Positions 1 to 12,496 of a stretch of 64,000 nucleotides of DNA are shown piece by piece. The DNA is from Chiloscyllium plagiosum (taxonomy: Eukaryota): the NCBI RefSeq assembly GCF_004010195.1, contig NC_057720.1, forward strand, positions 23,360,560 to 23,424,559, given 5' to 3'. A program made the translations under genes and the position numbers. Each line of letters begins with the position of its first letter. Position 1 is the first letter of the stretch. A model generated the notes under the pieces. The model was not told the origin of the DNA. It saw nothing but the letters and a program-made list of their open reading frames with translations, and searched no databases.

Positions 1-955
1 AGGAATTGGGAGGATTCAAAGGAGAAATTGTTAAGGGTGAGGACGAGGTCGGGCGAACGAATGAGAGTGTCGGTGGAGGGGTACTGTTGGGAACGTCTGG
101 AGAGGAAAAAACGGAGGGCTTGGAGGCCCTGGTCATGGCGGATGGAGGTGTAGAGGGATTGGATATCCATGGTGAAGATGAGGTGTTGGGGGCCGGGGAA
201 ACTGAAGTCTTGGAGGAGGTGGAGGGCGTGGGTGGTGTCTCGGACGTATGTGGGGAGTTCCTGGACTAGGGGGGATAGGACAGTGTCGAGCTAGGTAGAG
301 ATGAGTTCAGTGGGGCAGGAGCATGCTGAGACAATGGGTCGGCCAGGGTGGTCAGGCTTGTGGATCTTGAGAAGGAGGTAGAACCGGGCAGTGCAGGGTT
401 CCCGGACTATGAGGTTGGAAGCTGTGGGTGGGAGATCTCCTGAGGTGATGAGGTTCTGTATGGTCTGGGAGATGATTTGGTGATGGGGGGTGGGGCCATG
501 GTCGAGGGGGCAGTAGGAAGAGGTGTCCTCGAGTTGACGTTTGGCTTCAGCGGTGTAGAGGTCAGTGCGCCAGACTACCACTGCGCCCACTTTATCCGCT
601 GGCTTGATGGTGAGGTTTGGATTGAAGGAGAGGGATTGGAGGGCTGCGCATTGTGAGGGTGAGAGGTTGGAGTGGGGGATGGAGGTAGACAGGTTGAGGC
701 GGTTAATGTCCCGGCGGCAGTTGGAAATGAAGAGGTCGAGGACAGGTAATAGGCCAGCGTGGGGTGTCCAGGTGGATGCAGTGTGTTGGAGGTGGGCGAA
801 GGGGTCCTCGGAAGGTGGGCGGGAGTCCTGATTGTGAAAGTAAGCTCGGAGGCGGAGGCGACGGAAGAATTGTTCGACGTCACGGCGTGTATTAAATTCA
901 TTGATGCGTGGACGGAGGGGGATGAAGGTGAGTCCTTTGCTGGGGGTGGAACCTG
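1..955 (-). mobile_element. Penelope-like element, N-terminal part of the reverse transcriptase ORF (truncated, disrupted)
   Basis: ORF 291..1010 contains KGLTFIP...FFRRLRLRAYF...IKPADKVGAVVVW...ARFYLLLKIHKP..PGRPIVSACSCPTELIS, which are PLE RT N-terminal motifs. A stop interrupts the frame at about 291. Confidence 0.9.
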
Positions 956-998
956 TAACTGCAGTGGGTGTGATGATGGGGGGAATCACCATTGCACT

Positions 999-1280
999 AT
1001 ACACACACACACACAGATATTCCTACACACACACACACACACTCACATACACACGGACACAGGTACACACAGACGCGCACACAGACACCCACACACACCC
1101 TTATAGACACACACACTCCCACACTCACACATGCACCCCCTCACAGACTTAAGACACTCTGCACTCACTACACGCAACACACGCACTCACTACACATACA
1201 CACACACACTTTCTCATACTCACAACCCCCACCCCAGACAGACACACATACAGACAGACAAAGACCCACATGCACACATA
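999..1280. repeat. Imperfect (CA)n/(CAGA)n microsatellite
   Basis: Directly visible. Confidence 0.95.
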
Positions 1281-1684
1281 TATTTTGTGGGGTGAATTTG
1301 TACTTGCAGAGTTACATTGCATTTTGCTCAAAAACTACATACATTCATGTAGAACTCTGACCTCAAAAACTGCATGAATTTATGTAAAACTCTGTTATCT
1401 CACTTTTTAGATTAGAATCAATCTAAACATCAGGTCATAGACACAGAACACAGGGGGCTAACACCTTCAACATATTGTCTAGCTATCACCATTGTTAACA
1501 GCTAACCCGAGGATGGAACTTAAAAAAAAGTTTTGTGATTTATACATGAAAGAAGTGAAACAATCACTGTATTCTAACAGATGAAAGGCTTAACAGACAA
1601 TCAATTTTTCAATGTATAATTTCAGTTACATCACACTGCAAATTTTTGCTATAAATTCTGTGTTACGATCGAGCCCTCCACAAT

Positions 1685-1719
1685 CACCTGACGAAGGAGC
1701 GTCGCTCCGAAAGCTAGTG
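1685..1719 (+). ncRNA. Minimal type-I hammerhead ribozyme motif (PLE family B)
   Basis: CAC-CTGACGA-A-GGAGC(GTC)GCTCC-GAA-AGCT-A-GTG: 3-bp stem I, intact core, 5-bp stem II, palindromic AGCT stem III, predicted CUA cleavage triplet. Confidence 0.75.
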
Positions 1720-2552
1720 TGCTTCCAATTAAACCTGTTGGACTATAACCTGGTGTTGTGTGATTTTTAACTTTGTCTTTTATGACCATTTGATGATATA
1801 TGCATACATTAATCAAACCATAATTAACCAGTTCAGTTGTGTATCTGACTTCCATGTGGCACACAGTCTCTTTCTCCTGCAAAGATATCACAGTTGGGAA
1901 ATCAAAAGTCATAAATGTTGACCTATTCAATGGAGCCTATTTTATATCATCACCAAAGTGATAATTATCCCAATGGAGTCTCAGGGCAGTTTCTCAGGAT
2001 AATAGCTCTATTTCAGTACCTGAGCCAAACAATGCAAACTGTGCCCCCTACATTTGTTAAGTAAAATGCAATTAAACAGTATCCTCACGACAGTCCATGG
2101 GCTATCATTCCTTTATTGTACTACCATGTTAGGTAGCCATAAACCTCAAGTAAACTTTGAGACCAGCATTCCACCTAATTCAAATGTATTTTCCCTATAT
2201 GGATGTGAAGCATTTGTATGAAATATTTCTTACACTGATCTTTTCTCGATATGAAACTGTATCCTAATTTTCTTGTAATAGTTACAAAGATATACAAATT
2301 GTATAGCTGTGAGACAGAATGTATGCACTCTGCCAAAGCATGTTTATATTTGAAGGAGTGAAGGTGATCTCAATCTCCAAAGCTTTGGTCAATCTTCCAG
2401 TCAGGGGTTCATGGAAAAAGAAGTTTAAGCAACCTTTCCCCTCATTCTTGCCTTTCTTAATGTTCATCAGAACAAATTGTTGGCATAGCAACATGCAACA
2501 CAATTTTAAGAAGCCAATAACTCATTGGTTAACTCAATTATTAGCCTATCCA

Positions 2553-2995
2553 TTAGCCTACAGTAAGATTAGGGCCAGTCAAGGACAGTAGTGAGAAGTT
2601 GTGCGTGGAGTCCAAGGAGATAGAAGAGGCGTTAAATGAATATTTTCATCAGTATTCACACAGGAAAAAGACAATGTTGTCAAGGAGATTGTTGACTGAG
2701 ATACAGGCTATTAGACAAGATGGGATTGAGGTTCATAAGGAGGAGGTGTTAGCAATTCTGGAAAGTGTGAAAATAGACAGGTCCCATGGGCTGGATGGGA
2801 TTTCTCCTAGGATTCTCTGGGAGGCTAGGGAAGAGATTGCAGAGTCTTTGGCTTTGATCTTTATGTCATCATTGTCTACACGAATAGTGCCAGAAGACTG
2901 GAGGATAGCAAATGTTGTTCCTTTGTTGAAGAAAGGGAGGAGAGACAACCCTGGTAATTTTCGACCAGTGAGCCTTACTTCGGTTGTGGGGAAAG
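2553..2995 (+). mobile_element. CR1 LINE ORF2 fragment (start of RT)
   Basis: GLDGISPRILWEAREEIA...VPEDWRIANVVPLLKKG..DNPGNFRPVSLTSVVGK. Confidence 0.9.
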
Positions 2996-3430
2996 TCATA
3001 GAATCACAGAGATGTACAACACGGAAACAGACCCCTTGGTCCAACTTGTCCATGCCGACCAGACTAAATTAATCTAGTTCATTTGCCAGCCCCATTCCCA
3101 TATCCCTCAAAACCTTTCTTATTCACATACCCATCCAGCCTTTTAAATGCTGTAATTGTATCAGCCTCCACCACTTCCTCTGGCAGCTCATTCTATACAT
3201 GCACCATCCTCTGCATGAAAAGATTGCCTCTTAGGTCTCTTTTATGTCTTTCCTCTCATCCTAAACCTATGCCCTTTAGTTCTGGACTCCCCCACCCCAG
3301 GGAAAATACCTTGTCTATTTATCCTATCCATGCCCCTCATAATTTTGTAAGCCTCTATAAGTCTGCACCTCAGCCTCCAACTCTCCTGGGTAAACAGCCT
3401 CTCCCTATAGCTCAAATCCTCCAATCCTAA
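2996..3430 (-). mobile_element. CR1 LINE 3' end
   Basis: RLIEAYKIMRGMDR..FPGVGESRTKGHRF plus the CR1 3' UTR and tail. Confidence 0.9.
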
Positions 3431-4389
3431 CCTTAAATGTTAGCTCTGATTTTTCTCCACAGATGCTGCCAGACTTGTTGTGCCTTTCCAGTAATTTTGA
3501 ACCTTATTAGAATCCTGAAGTAGGGGTCTTAAAATACATTTATGCTTCAGTCTTCTGAAGCATTTCCCCATTTAGAAAATAGTCTACGTCTCTATTCTTC
3601 AAGTAAAGTGCATCACCTCATACCCTTTAGTATTACTTAGTAAAAGCAAATTTGAAGATGTGTAAAAATAAAATGAAATTCATAAATCATATTTAAGGTT
3701 GAGTTCATGCATGGAAATCCCATCCTGGGTTTCCGACAGTCGCTGGATGGGTGCCTTAAGAACAAATTGAACTGATGAGTAAAGGTTTGGGTTGGTAATT
3801 CATGGCACCGAAACATTGTGAATGATGGGATTTAAGTTCCTGCAATATCATTCAACCTCAGAGACTCATGGGGGAAAACTGAAACCATAAATTCTTGGTC
3901 ATCCAGTTTTAAATTATTCTTAGGTAACTAAACTTTAAACATTTCACTTTTCCTTTCTGTTTACTACTCCGTGCTGTTTGCTTCTTTGCAAATCCACTCT
4001 TTGTTTCCTGTTCTCCGTTTCTCTTTCTGTATTAAGTCAAACTTGACTCAGTTTGACTTTTTAACTTTAGTTTTCTACTTTTGTACTAATAAAACTGTAG
4101 TGATGAAATGTATTAACGTATTTCTTTATTTTTCTACTTCTGTAACTAAGATTTTGTACCTATTTGCTGTGTACCTAAGATGGCGTCATTGTCTGGCACC
4201 ATTGTACACTGTACTCTTGTAAGTTGTACTTGAATGCATATGATAATAAAATCTAAATATAAATCTCAAACCTAAATCCAAATGGATTCCTAATTCTCAT
4301 TATTTAATAAATTCCTCAGTCAGTCTTACCCTCACTAAAGCACATAATGCCTTTTGCCATCCCTGCCATTATCAGCTTATATGTCTCTT

Positions 4390-4725
4390 TTTTTATTCAT
4401 TGGTGGGATGTGGGCACCACTCATTAAGCTAGCCTTTACTGACCATCCCTAATTGCCCAGGGGGCAGTTGAGAATCAGCTACATTGTTGAGTGGATTCAC
4501 ATGAAAGCCAGACCAGATAAGGACAGCAGCTTTCTTCCACAACAGAAATGGGCATTGGTGAGCCTGATGGGATTTTTCGACAATCGTCAACAGTTTCATG
4601 ATCATCTTAGTTCCAAACATTTATTGAAGTCAAACCTCACCTTCTGTCAAGAAGGGATTCAAACCCAGATCTCTGGGGAGGTCTCTGGACTGATAGTCAA
4701 GCGATAATGGAGCTATCACCTTCCC
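4390..4725 (-). mobile_element. tRNA-derived SINE with LINE-type GGGCAATTAGGGATGG...CCCACATCCCA tail (second SINE family, possibly SacSINE1/DeuSINE-like)
   Basis: Homologous to 52630-53005 (+) and 56710-57010 (-). B-box-like GGTTTGAATCCC on the minus strand. Confidence 0.65.
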
Positions 4726-4929
4726 AAAAGTTGTAGACATTTTTTTTGACCTGAAGATAGAGGAGCACTTCAGAAAATATCCAATTCTCGGCCAACTATT
4801 AATGCTCTTCTGTGTACGGAAGCTGTGTCCTTTCGTGTGTAATGCAATAGATTACAATGAGATACTGTGAGTGCAGAAAGTTGTCTCAAGTTGACATGAT
4901 TTTGTGCACTTTGTTTTGAAAAAAGCTAT

Positions 4930-5720
4930 ACTGAACCTGCTTCTAAAACTGAGCAATTTTTTTATTCCTCGCGAGTGGTGGAACTGGAAATGCCTGGGGC
5001 TCGTAGCTACCGTCAGTTAGGGTGAAAGGGCAGAGCCACACCTTGAATTGCCTGGTTACTCTCTGTTTTAATTCACCGTTCAGGAGGGCAACAGGAAACA
5101 TTGCAAAACGGAAAAGCCCGCAGTGTATCCGCATCCGTCAAAAAAAAGATTTAGGAACTGGGGAAAGGGAACAATGAGGGCGAATCGGCAGCAAACTAAC
5201 GGAAAAATAACGAATCACAGGTAGAGGACTCTCCTTTTAGTAAACTCAGGCTGAACCCTAACCAAGCGAGAACTGTAACCGGGGAAGCTCTATGAACTTA
5301 GATAAGGTTCATTAATCACAGTATGCTGGCTGAGCTGTATTTCACAAATTCCTGAAACAATGTAAGCTTCCTTTTTACAATGGCGATTGAGTTTGTTTTT
5401 CAGTCTACTGTGTCTCCAGTATTGGCGATATGCTGGTTCACTGTAGTTTGTCCGCGGTCAGTTTGATTTGTAAATAAGGGGTGCGCTTCCATCTTTAAAA
5501 GTTCTTCAGGGTATTGGTGACAAAGTGCCAATCCGACTTGTTATATGCAAGAAGTATTTGGATATTTACAAACACGCCCGCCTCGAAAAGTAACAACTGT
5601 ATCACGCCAATGAATAATAATAAGTAAAATGTTGTAGAAAGAATAGTAATATATTGGATTTTTTCTGTTGAATGTTAATTTAACTTAAAATGTCGCGATT
5701 AGCTGGGACACGCCACAGTG
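4930..5720. promoter_or_regulatory. CpG-enriched putative promoter/first-exon region
   Basis: Non-repetitive and visibly CpG-rich against a CpG-poor background. TCGCGA motifs at about 4969 and 5693, MYB-like TAACGG at about 5197, candidate donors at 5221 and 5362. Confidence 0.55.
5174..5220 (+). CDS. Candidate first coding exon of + strand gene (MRANRQQTNGKITNH-R)
   Basis: acaATG start and CAG|GTAGAG donor. Phase 2 matches exon 8828. Confidence 0.35.
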
Positions 5721-5959
5721 ATTGAACACATGTGATTTGAACTGTCCACTTCTTAGAGAGTAAATGTCCATGGACTGTTTGGATCCACCCAACATTACAT
5801 TCACCCAACTGGTTGGTCTATGTCTTTGAGTCTTCTTCCATTTTATCATCTTTATGTCAGCTTTTCAACATTTCTTTCTGTTCCATGTTTTATCGCATAT
5901 TCATCCAGTTTCCTATGGAAAGTACCTAACATATGGGCCTTAACCACTTATTGAATAAG

Positions 5960-6475
5960 CAGAGTCATAGTCAGAGAGTCATAGAGATGGGCAGCATGGA
6001 AATAGACCCTTCGGTCCAACTTGTCCATGCTGACCAGATATCCTAACTTAATCTAGATCCATTTGCGACCATTTGGCCAATATCCCTCTAAACCCTTCCT
6101 ATTCATATACCCATCAGATGCCTTTTAAATGCTGTAATTGTACCAGCCTCTATTGGCAGCTCATTCCATGCAAGCACCAGCCTCTGCATGAAAATGCTAC
6201 CTTTTAGGTCCCTTCTAAATCTTTCCCCTCTTATCTTAAATCTCTACCCTCTAGTTTTGCACTCCATTACCCTGGCTATTCATCCTATCCATACCCCTAA
6301 CGATTTTACAAACCTCAAGAAGGTCATCCCTCAGCCTCCAATGCACCAGGAAAAGTAGCCTCAACTTATTCAGCCTATCTGTATAGCTCAAATCCTCCAA
6401 CCCTGGCAACATTCTTGTAAGCCTTTTGTGAACTCTTTCAAGTTCTACCACATCTTTCCTATTAGCAGGGAGACA
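5960..6475 (-). mobile_element. CR1 LINE 3' end
   Basis: LERVHKRLTRMLPGLEDLSY...LRDDLLEVCKIVRGMDR plus 3' UTR. Confidence 0.9.
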
Positions 6476-6589
6476 TGAGGAATAGGTGCAGGAGGGGAGC
6501 AGCTAACCTGTCTCACCTGCTCTGCCCTTTGACAAGATCATGGCTGCTCAGTGCCAAGCCTTAACTCTGCTTCCGTTTCATCTATGTAG

Positions 6590-7460
6590 ATAAAAACAAT
6601 GACTGCAGATGCTGGAAACCAGATTCTGGATTAGTGGTGCTGGAAGAGCACAGCAATTCAGGCAGTATCCGAGGAGCAGTAAAATCGACGTTTCAGGCAA
6701 AAGCTCTTCATCAGGAATACAGGCAGAGAGCCTGAAGCGTGGAGAGATAAGCTAGAGGAGGTGGAGGTGGGGAGAAAGTAGCATAGAGTACAATAGGTGA
6801 GTGGTGGAGGGGATGAAGGTGGAAAAGAAGATAGGCAGGTAGGACAAGTCATGGGACAGTGCTGAGCTGGAAGTTGGGAACTACGGTGAGGTGGGGGAAG
6901 GGGAAATGAGGAAACTGTTGAAGTGTTCCGAGGCGGAAGATGAGGTGTTCTTCCTCCAGGCGTCTGGTGGTGAGGGAGCGGCGGTGAAGGAGGCCGAGGA
7001 CCTCCATGTCCTCGGCAGAGTGGGAGGGAGAGTTGAAATGTTGGGCCACAGGGCGATGTAGTTGATTGGTGCGGGTGTCCCGGAGATGTTGCCTAAAGCG
7101 CTCTGCTAGGAGGCGTCCAGTCTCCCTAATGTAGAGGAGACTGCATCGGGAGCAACGGATACAATAAATGATATTAGTGGATGTGCAAGTAAAACTTTGA
7201 TGGATGGAACCATCCACCGACATTTCCGCCACCTCCAAACAGACCCCACCACCAGGGATATATTTCCCTCCCCACCCCTTTCCGCCTTCCGCAAAGACCG
7301 TTCCCTCTGTGACTATTTGGTCAGGTCCACGCCCCCCCTTCAACCCACCCTCCCATCCTGGCACCTTCCCCTGCCACTGCAGGAATTGCAAAACTTGCGC
7401 CCACACCTCCTTCTTCATCTCCATCCAAGGCCCTAAAGGAGCCTTCCACATCCATCAAAG
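6590..7460 (-). mobile_element. Neptune-like PLE 3' end (GIY-YIG endonuclease and terminal repeat with HHR) with an inverted upstream segment at 7200-7460
   Basis: Minus strand: FTCTSTNIIYCIRCSRCSLLYIRETGRLLAERFRQHL. Plus strand: FRHLQTDPTTRDIFPSPPLSAFRKD and GTFPCHCRNCKTC (Cys-rich linker). HHR motif at 6687-6714 (-). Confidence 0.85.
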
Positions 7461-7539
7461 TAGTGGAACATTGTGTTTTCCCAATGTTCTTGCTTCCCAT
7501 CCTGTCACCAAACACTTGGTAAAGTTGTGGTTAAATATT

Positions 7540-8708
7540 CCTGCACTATATGCTTTACTTTAGCAAGGCATTTGATAAGGTTCCCCATGGTAGGTTCATT
7601 CGTAAAGACAGGAAGTATGGGATACAGGGAGATTTGGCTATTTGGATTCAGAATTGGCTGGCTGACAGAAGGCAGGGAGTGGTTGTAGATGGAAAGTATT
7701 CTGCCTGGAGGTCAGTGTTGAGTGGTGTCCCGCAGGGCTCTGTTCTTGGGCCTCTGCTCTTTGTAGTTTTTATGAATGACTTGGATGAGGAGGTTGAGGG
7801 GTGGGTTAGTAAATTTTCAGATGACACAAAGGTTGGAGGTGCCGTTGATAGTATCGAGGGCTACTGCAGGCTGCAGCGCGATATGGACAGGATGCGGAGC
7901 TGGGCTGAGAAATTGTAGATGGAGTTCAACCTGGATAAATGCAAAGTGATGCATTTTGGAAGGTCGAACTCAAATGCTGAATATAGGGTTAAAGACAAGA
8001 TTCTTGGCGGTGTGGAGGAACAGAGGGATCTGTGTGTGCAATTACATAGATCCCTCAAAGTTGCCACCCATGTGGATAGAGTTGTTAAGAAAGCATATGG
8101 TGTTTCGGCTTTCGTAACAGGGGGATTGAGTTTAAGAGCCGCAAGGTTTTGCTACAGATCACACTTGGAATATTGTGTCCAGTTCTGGTTGCCCTACTAT
8201 AAGAAAGATACAGAGGTTTTGGAGAGGGTGCAAAGATGGTTTACCAGGATGCTGCCTGGACCGGAGGGCTTGCCTTATGAAGAAAGGTTGTATAAGCTCA
8301 GATTTTTCTCTTTGGAGAGAAGGAGGAAGAGAAGAGAGCTGATCGAGGTATACAAGATAATGAGTGAAATAGATAGAGTCAATAGCCAGAGACTTTTCCC
8401 CAGGGCAGGATTGACTGGTACGAGGAATCATAGTTTGAAGATATTAGGAGGAATGTATAAAGGAGATGCCAGAGGTAGATTCTTTACGCAGAGAGTTGTG
8501 AATGCATGGAATGCGTTGCCAGCTGTGGTGGTGGAAGCGAAGTCATTAGGGACATTTAAACGATTGCTGGACATGCACATGGATAGCAGTGAGTTGAGGG
8601 ATGCACAGGTTAAGTTATTATATTTTACATTAGGATTAAACCTCAGCACAACATCGTGGGCCGAAGGGCGTGTTCTGTGCTGTACTTTTCTATGTTCTCT
8701 ATGTTCTA
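7540..8708 (+). mobile_element. CR1 LINE, RT C-terminal half, 3' UTR and (TATGTTC)-type tail
   Basis: FSKAFDKVPH...SGVPQGSVLGPLLF..SKFSDDTK; LERVQRWFTRMLPG. In-frame stop at 7916-7918. Confidence 0.95.
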
Positions 8709-8827
8709 AAACTGGCAGGGTTGAAATTAGTCATGCACATTTGATTGATAACACATCAGTAGTACTTTTCATACTGTAGTATATTTTCCTTACTATTGAC
8801 CATTTTACTTTGAACTTTTTTTTACAG

Positions 8828-8889
8828 ATGGGACAGCAAACTATTTTCTTATTCTCGATGGGAAGTGAATGACTCTGTCAATGATGATG
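8828..8889 (+). CDS. Candidate internal exon (WDSKLFSYSRWEVNDSVNDD)
   Basis: Strong T-rich TTTACAG acceptor and G|GTAGGA donor. Open in phase 2 to phase 1. Confidence 0.45.
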
Positions 8890-9248
8890 GTAGGACAACA
8901 TATGCTGTTATTTTCATGGCACTATAAATTCCAGCTGCATAAATCTTCTAGCCTCACATCCTGGCATATGTCTGAATCTGTACTTGATGCGACCCTGGAA
9001 ATGAGCTGACTATGAAAATTCTCTTGTATTTTATCAGCTTGACTTAATGGTGGTTTTCATCTGGGTCATAAAGTTATTGTTTCAAACTCTACTCTGTTGC
9101 TTGAACACATAATTTGGGTGATGCTTTGGTTTAGCATTGGAGAAGTGCTATATATCTAGAAGTGCTCTCAACTCCAATATCACTGAAGCCATATCTATTT
9201 GTTCAGGTAGATGCACAAGATTCCATGGCTAGAGTTATACAAAGATAT

Positions 9249-9476
9249 AGGAGAAAGTTAGGATTGCAGATGCTGAAGATCAAAGTCAAAAGGTGTGATG
9301 CTGGAAAAGCACAGCCGGTCAGGCAGCATCTGAGGAGCATGAGAGGCGATGTTTCGAGCATAAGTCCTTCATCAGGAACATTCCTGATGAAGAGCTTATG
9401 CTGAAAATGTTGACTCTCCTGTTCCTCGGATGCTGCCTGACTGGCTGTGCTTTTCCAGCACCACACGTTTTGACTC
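9249..9476. mobile_element. Fold-back mini-PLE terminal-repeat insert (family A)
   Basis: Inverted arms meet at about 9379. TSD TTATACAAAGATAT at 9235-9248 and 9477-9490. Confidence 0.85.
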
Positions 9477-9782
9477 TTATACAAAGATATGGCAGTGGAT
9501 TTGAAGGCTAGAAACTAGTGGAGTGGAGGAGAGGATTGAGATGGGGGAGGGAAGTGAATTCAACAGACAGCCAAGCATTTATCCTTTCACCGCACCAGGT
9601 GTTGCAGTGTTGTTTGTCTACCAGTGGACCAGTTGCAACCTTGAAGTGGGAAACTGGTGTCCACCTAAGGACCATTCCCCACTGAGAAGGTTTAACCAAC
9701 ACAGGTTGAAGCCCAGACCATGGGTTGTGCTGATAGGTTGCATTGCATGGACTAATGATGGATAGTGGGGTGAGTTACTTAA

Positions 9783-9905
9783 TGATGAAGGGCTTATGCC
9801 CAAAATGTTAATTCTCTGCTCCTTGGATGTTGCCTGACCTTCTGTGCTTTTCCAGCACCACACTCTCAACTCTGATCTCCAGCATCTGCTGTCCTCACTT
9901 TCTCC
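9783..9905 (+). mobile_element. Mini-PLE terminal-repeat insert (family A, monomer)
   Basis: Starts at a degenerate HHR core. TSD TGAGYTACTTAA at 9771-9782 and 9906-9917 (1 mismatch). Confidence 0.8.
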
Positions 9906-10295
9906 TGAGCTACTTAACAACACCCTTGAGGCCATTGGAAAGTTTTCCACAAGAATTCCCCTGCTCCCATTGACTCTCAAACTCCTCTCCCTGGGATCTG
10001 TCAGTTTGCCACTTGGGATGTTGGAGGTTTCCATGTCTCATCTGCTTGAGCCGCATTTGACACAGCTCACTGGCTTGCTGTTCTCTGAGGTGAGACTTCT
10101 CATTAAGTGGCCATTAAATAGCTATGGGCCAGCTGGTATTCCATTTGGACCCTTCCCTAACCTTTGAGCCAGAGGGTGTGATGGGGCGAAAGATCCTGTG
10201 CCCCATGTAGTTTCAGCCCAATAATGCTGTTTAAATTGGAGCAGGGAGTTCTCATAGTGCTGAGCCAGCAATGATTCCTGGCCCACCCAAGGAAA

Positions 10296-10559
10296 CTTCC
10301 TGACCTCTCCGCCCCCACCCCACTCCGGCCTATCACCCTCACCTTGACCTCCCTCCACCTATCGCATTTCCAAAGCCCCTCCCCCAAGTCCCTCCTCCCT
10401 ACCTTTTATCTTAGCCTGCTGGACACACTTTCCTCATTCCTGAAGAAGGGCTTATGCCCGAAACGTCGATTCTCCTGTTCCTTGGATGCTGCCTGACCTG
10501 CGCTTTTCCAGCAACACATTTTCAGCTCTGATCTCCAGCATCTGCAGCTCTCACTTTCT
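10296..10559 (+). mobile_element. PLE 3' terminal fragment (family A) with intact HHR core
   Basis: TSD CCACCCAAGGAAA at 10283-10295 and 10560-10572. Confidence 0.85.
10437..10470 (+). ncRNA. Minimal hammerhead ribozyme motif (family A)
   Basis: CTGAAGA-A-GGGC(TTAT)GCCC-GAA-ACGT-C. Predicted GUC cleavage triplet; stem I is very short. Confidence 0.7.
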
Positions 10560-10834
10560 CCACCCAAGGAAAAACAAAATAACAGATTACTTATCTCATT
10601 TGCTGTTAATGTGACTTTGCTATGGGGACAATGACCACCATGTTTGTTGACAAAACAAAAAGTGACTGCATTTCAAAAGTAATGAAATATTATGAGGATA
10701 TTAAAGATGAGAGAGAGATAAATGTAGTTTTGTACCATTTCGGTTGTCCTCACTCTTAACCTTAATTAGCTTGAAGTGAATTAAAACTGTCGATGAAAAT
10801 CAGCCTGGTGTCTACCATTTAAAATTCATCAACA

Positions 10835-11070
10835 AAACTTTTTCACACAGTGAGTAGTTAGGGTATGGCATACATTGCCTGGAAGTGCAGTGGAGGCAAG
10901 TTAAATTGAAGCATTCAAAAGGGGAGCATTATTTTGAATAGAAATGATGTTGGATAGAAAACATGTTTACGAGAAAAAAGTAGAAAATTGGTACTTGGTA
11001 ATAGAACCAGTGCAGGCCATGATGGGTCGAATGGCCTCTTTCTGTGCTGTGACAATTCTGAAATTCTGTG
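10835..11070 (+). mobile_element. Old CR1 LINE 3' end
   Basis: TTTTTCACACAGTGAGTAGTTAGGGTATGG...GATGGGTCGAATGGCCTCTTTCTGTGCTGT. Confidence 0.7.
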
Positions 11071-11499
11071 AAAATGCTTTGGTGTCAGCAGGGTTCACTG
11101 CTGTCAGTTAGATTCAATCCCCCTAACTCGATGATTATGGAATCCCTGTGAGGGATAACTGAATGATGTAAATTAAAATGAATATTCTTTGTGCAATTCT
11201 TTCCTCATACCTTCTCATCCCCTACTGCTTGCAATTGTTAAGGAAATCAAATGAGATAGGAATAAGGAGAATGAAAATTATCTGCTGGTGGTCACCCCTT
11301 GTTTGTTCTTTAAGTGACCAAAAGGGGAGAAGATCCTCTTTAGTTGTTATGTCCTTAAAAGCAATGTGCACAAAACCATCAGCTAGACTGTGTCAGTCAA
11401 GTCAATTGATTAATCAAATTGCAGTAGGAAGTTCTTCCAGTCCTTTGTCTTCAGACAAGGAACCCACTTGTATTGCTATTGTGGAAACACCAAGTCACG

Positions 11500-11783
11500 T
11501 TACGAGTTCGATAGATTCGGGATCAGTTCCTGTGGATTGAAGGGTGGCTAATGTGCCACTTTTTAAGAAAGGTGGGAGAGAGAAAGCAGGAAATTATAGA
11601 CCAGTTAGTCTGACTTCAGTGGTGGGAAAGATGCTGGAGTCTATTATAAAGGATGAAATTACGACACATCTGGATAGTAGTAACAGGATAGGTCAGAGTC
11701 AGCATGGATTTATGAAGCGAAAGTCATGCTTGACAAATCTTCTGGTATTTTTTGAGGATGTAACTTTGAAGATGGACGAGGGA
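11500..11783 (+). mobile_element. CR1 LINE RT fragment running into the gap
   Basis: ANVPLFKKGGREKAGNYRPVSLTSVVGK..SQHGFMKRKSCLTNLL. Confidence 0.9.
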
Positions 11784-12496
11784 NNNNNNNNNNNNNNNNN
11801 NNNNNNNNNNNNNNNNNNNNNNNNNNNNNNNNNNNNNNNNNNNNNNNNNNNNNNNNNNNNNNNNNNNNNNNNNNNNNNNNNNNNNNNNNNNNNNNNNNNN
11901 NNNNNNNNNNNNNNNNNNNNNNNNNNNNNNNNNNNNNNNNNNNNNNNNNNNNNNNNNNNNNNNNNNNNNNNNNNNNNNNNNNNNNNNNNNNNNNNNNNNN
12001 NNNNNNNNNNNNNNNNNNNNNNNNNNNNNNNNNNNNNNNNNNNNNNNNNNNNNNNNNNNNNNNNNNNNNNNNNNNNNNNNNNNNNNNNNNNNNNNNNNNN
12101 NNNNNNNNNNNNNNNNNNNNNNNNNNNNNNNNNNNNNNNNNNNNNNNNNNNNNNNNNNNNNNNNNNNNNNNNNNNNNNNNNNNNNNNNNNNNNNNNNNNN
12201 NNNNNNNNNNNNNNNNNNNNNNNNNNNNNNNNNNNNNNNNNNNNNNNNNNNNNNNNNNNNNNNNNNNNNNNNNNNNNNNNNNNNNNNNNNNNNNNNNNNN
12301 NNNNNNNNNNNNNNNNNNNNNNNNNNNNNNNNNNNNNNNNNNNNNNNNNNNNNNNNNNNNNNNNNNNNNNNNNNNNNNNNNNNNNNNNNNNNNNNNNNNN
12401 NNNNNNNNNNNNNNNNNNNNNNNNNNNNNNNNNNNNNNNNNNNNNNNNNNNNNNNNNNNNNNNNNNNNNNNNNNNNNNNNNNNNNNNNNNNNNNNN
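11784..12496. other. Assembly gap (N run)
   Basis: N bases. Confidence 1.

Larger units (their letters stand above)
956..1775 (+). mobile_element. PLE 3' region/terminal repeat with CA-rich tract and hammerhead motif, opposite in orientation to the adjacent RT fragment
   Basis: Homologous to the minus-strand copy at 23130-23870. Ends in CACCTGACGAAGGAGCGTCGCTCCGAAAGCTAGTG...TTTTTAACTTTGT. Confidence 0.7.

Noticed and set aside
759..1360. His/Thr-rich ORFs
   Set aside because: Translations of a CA microsatellite.
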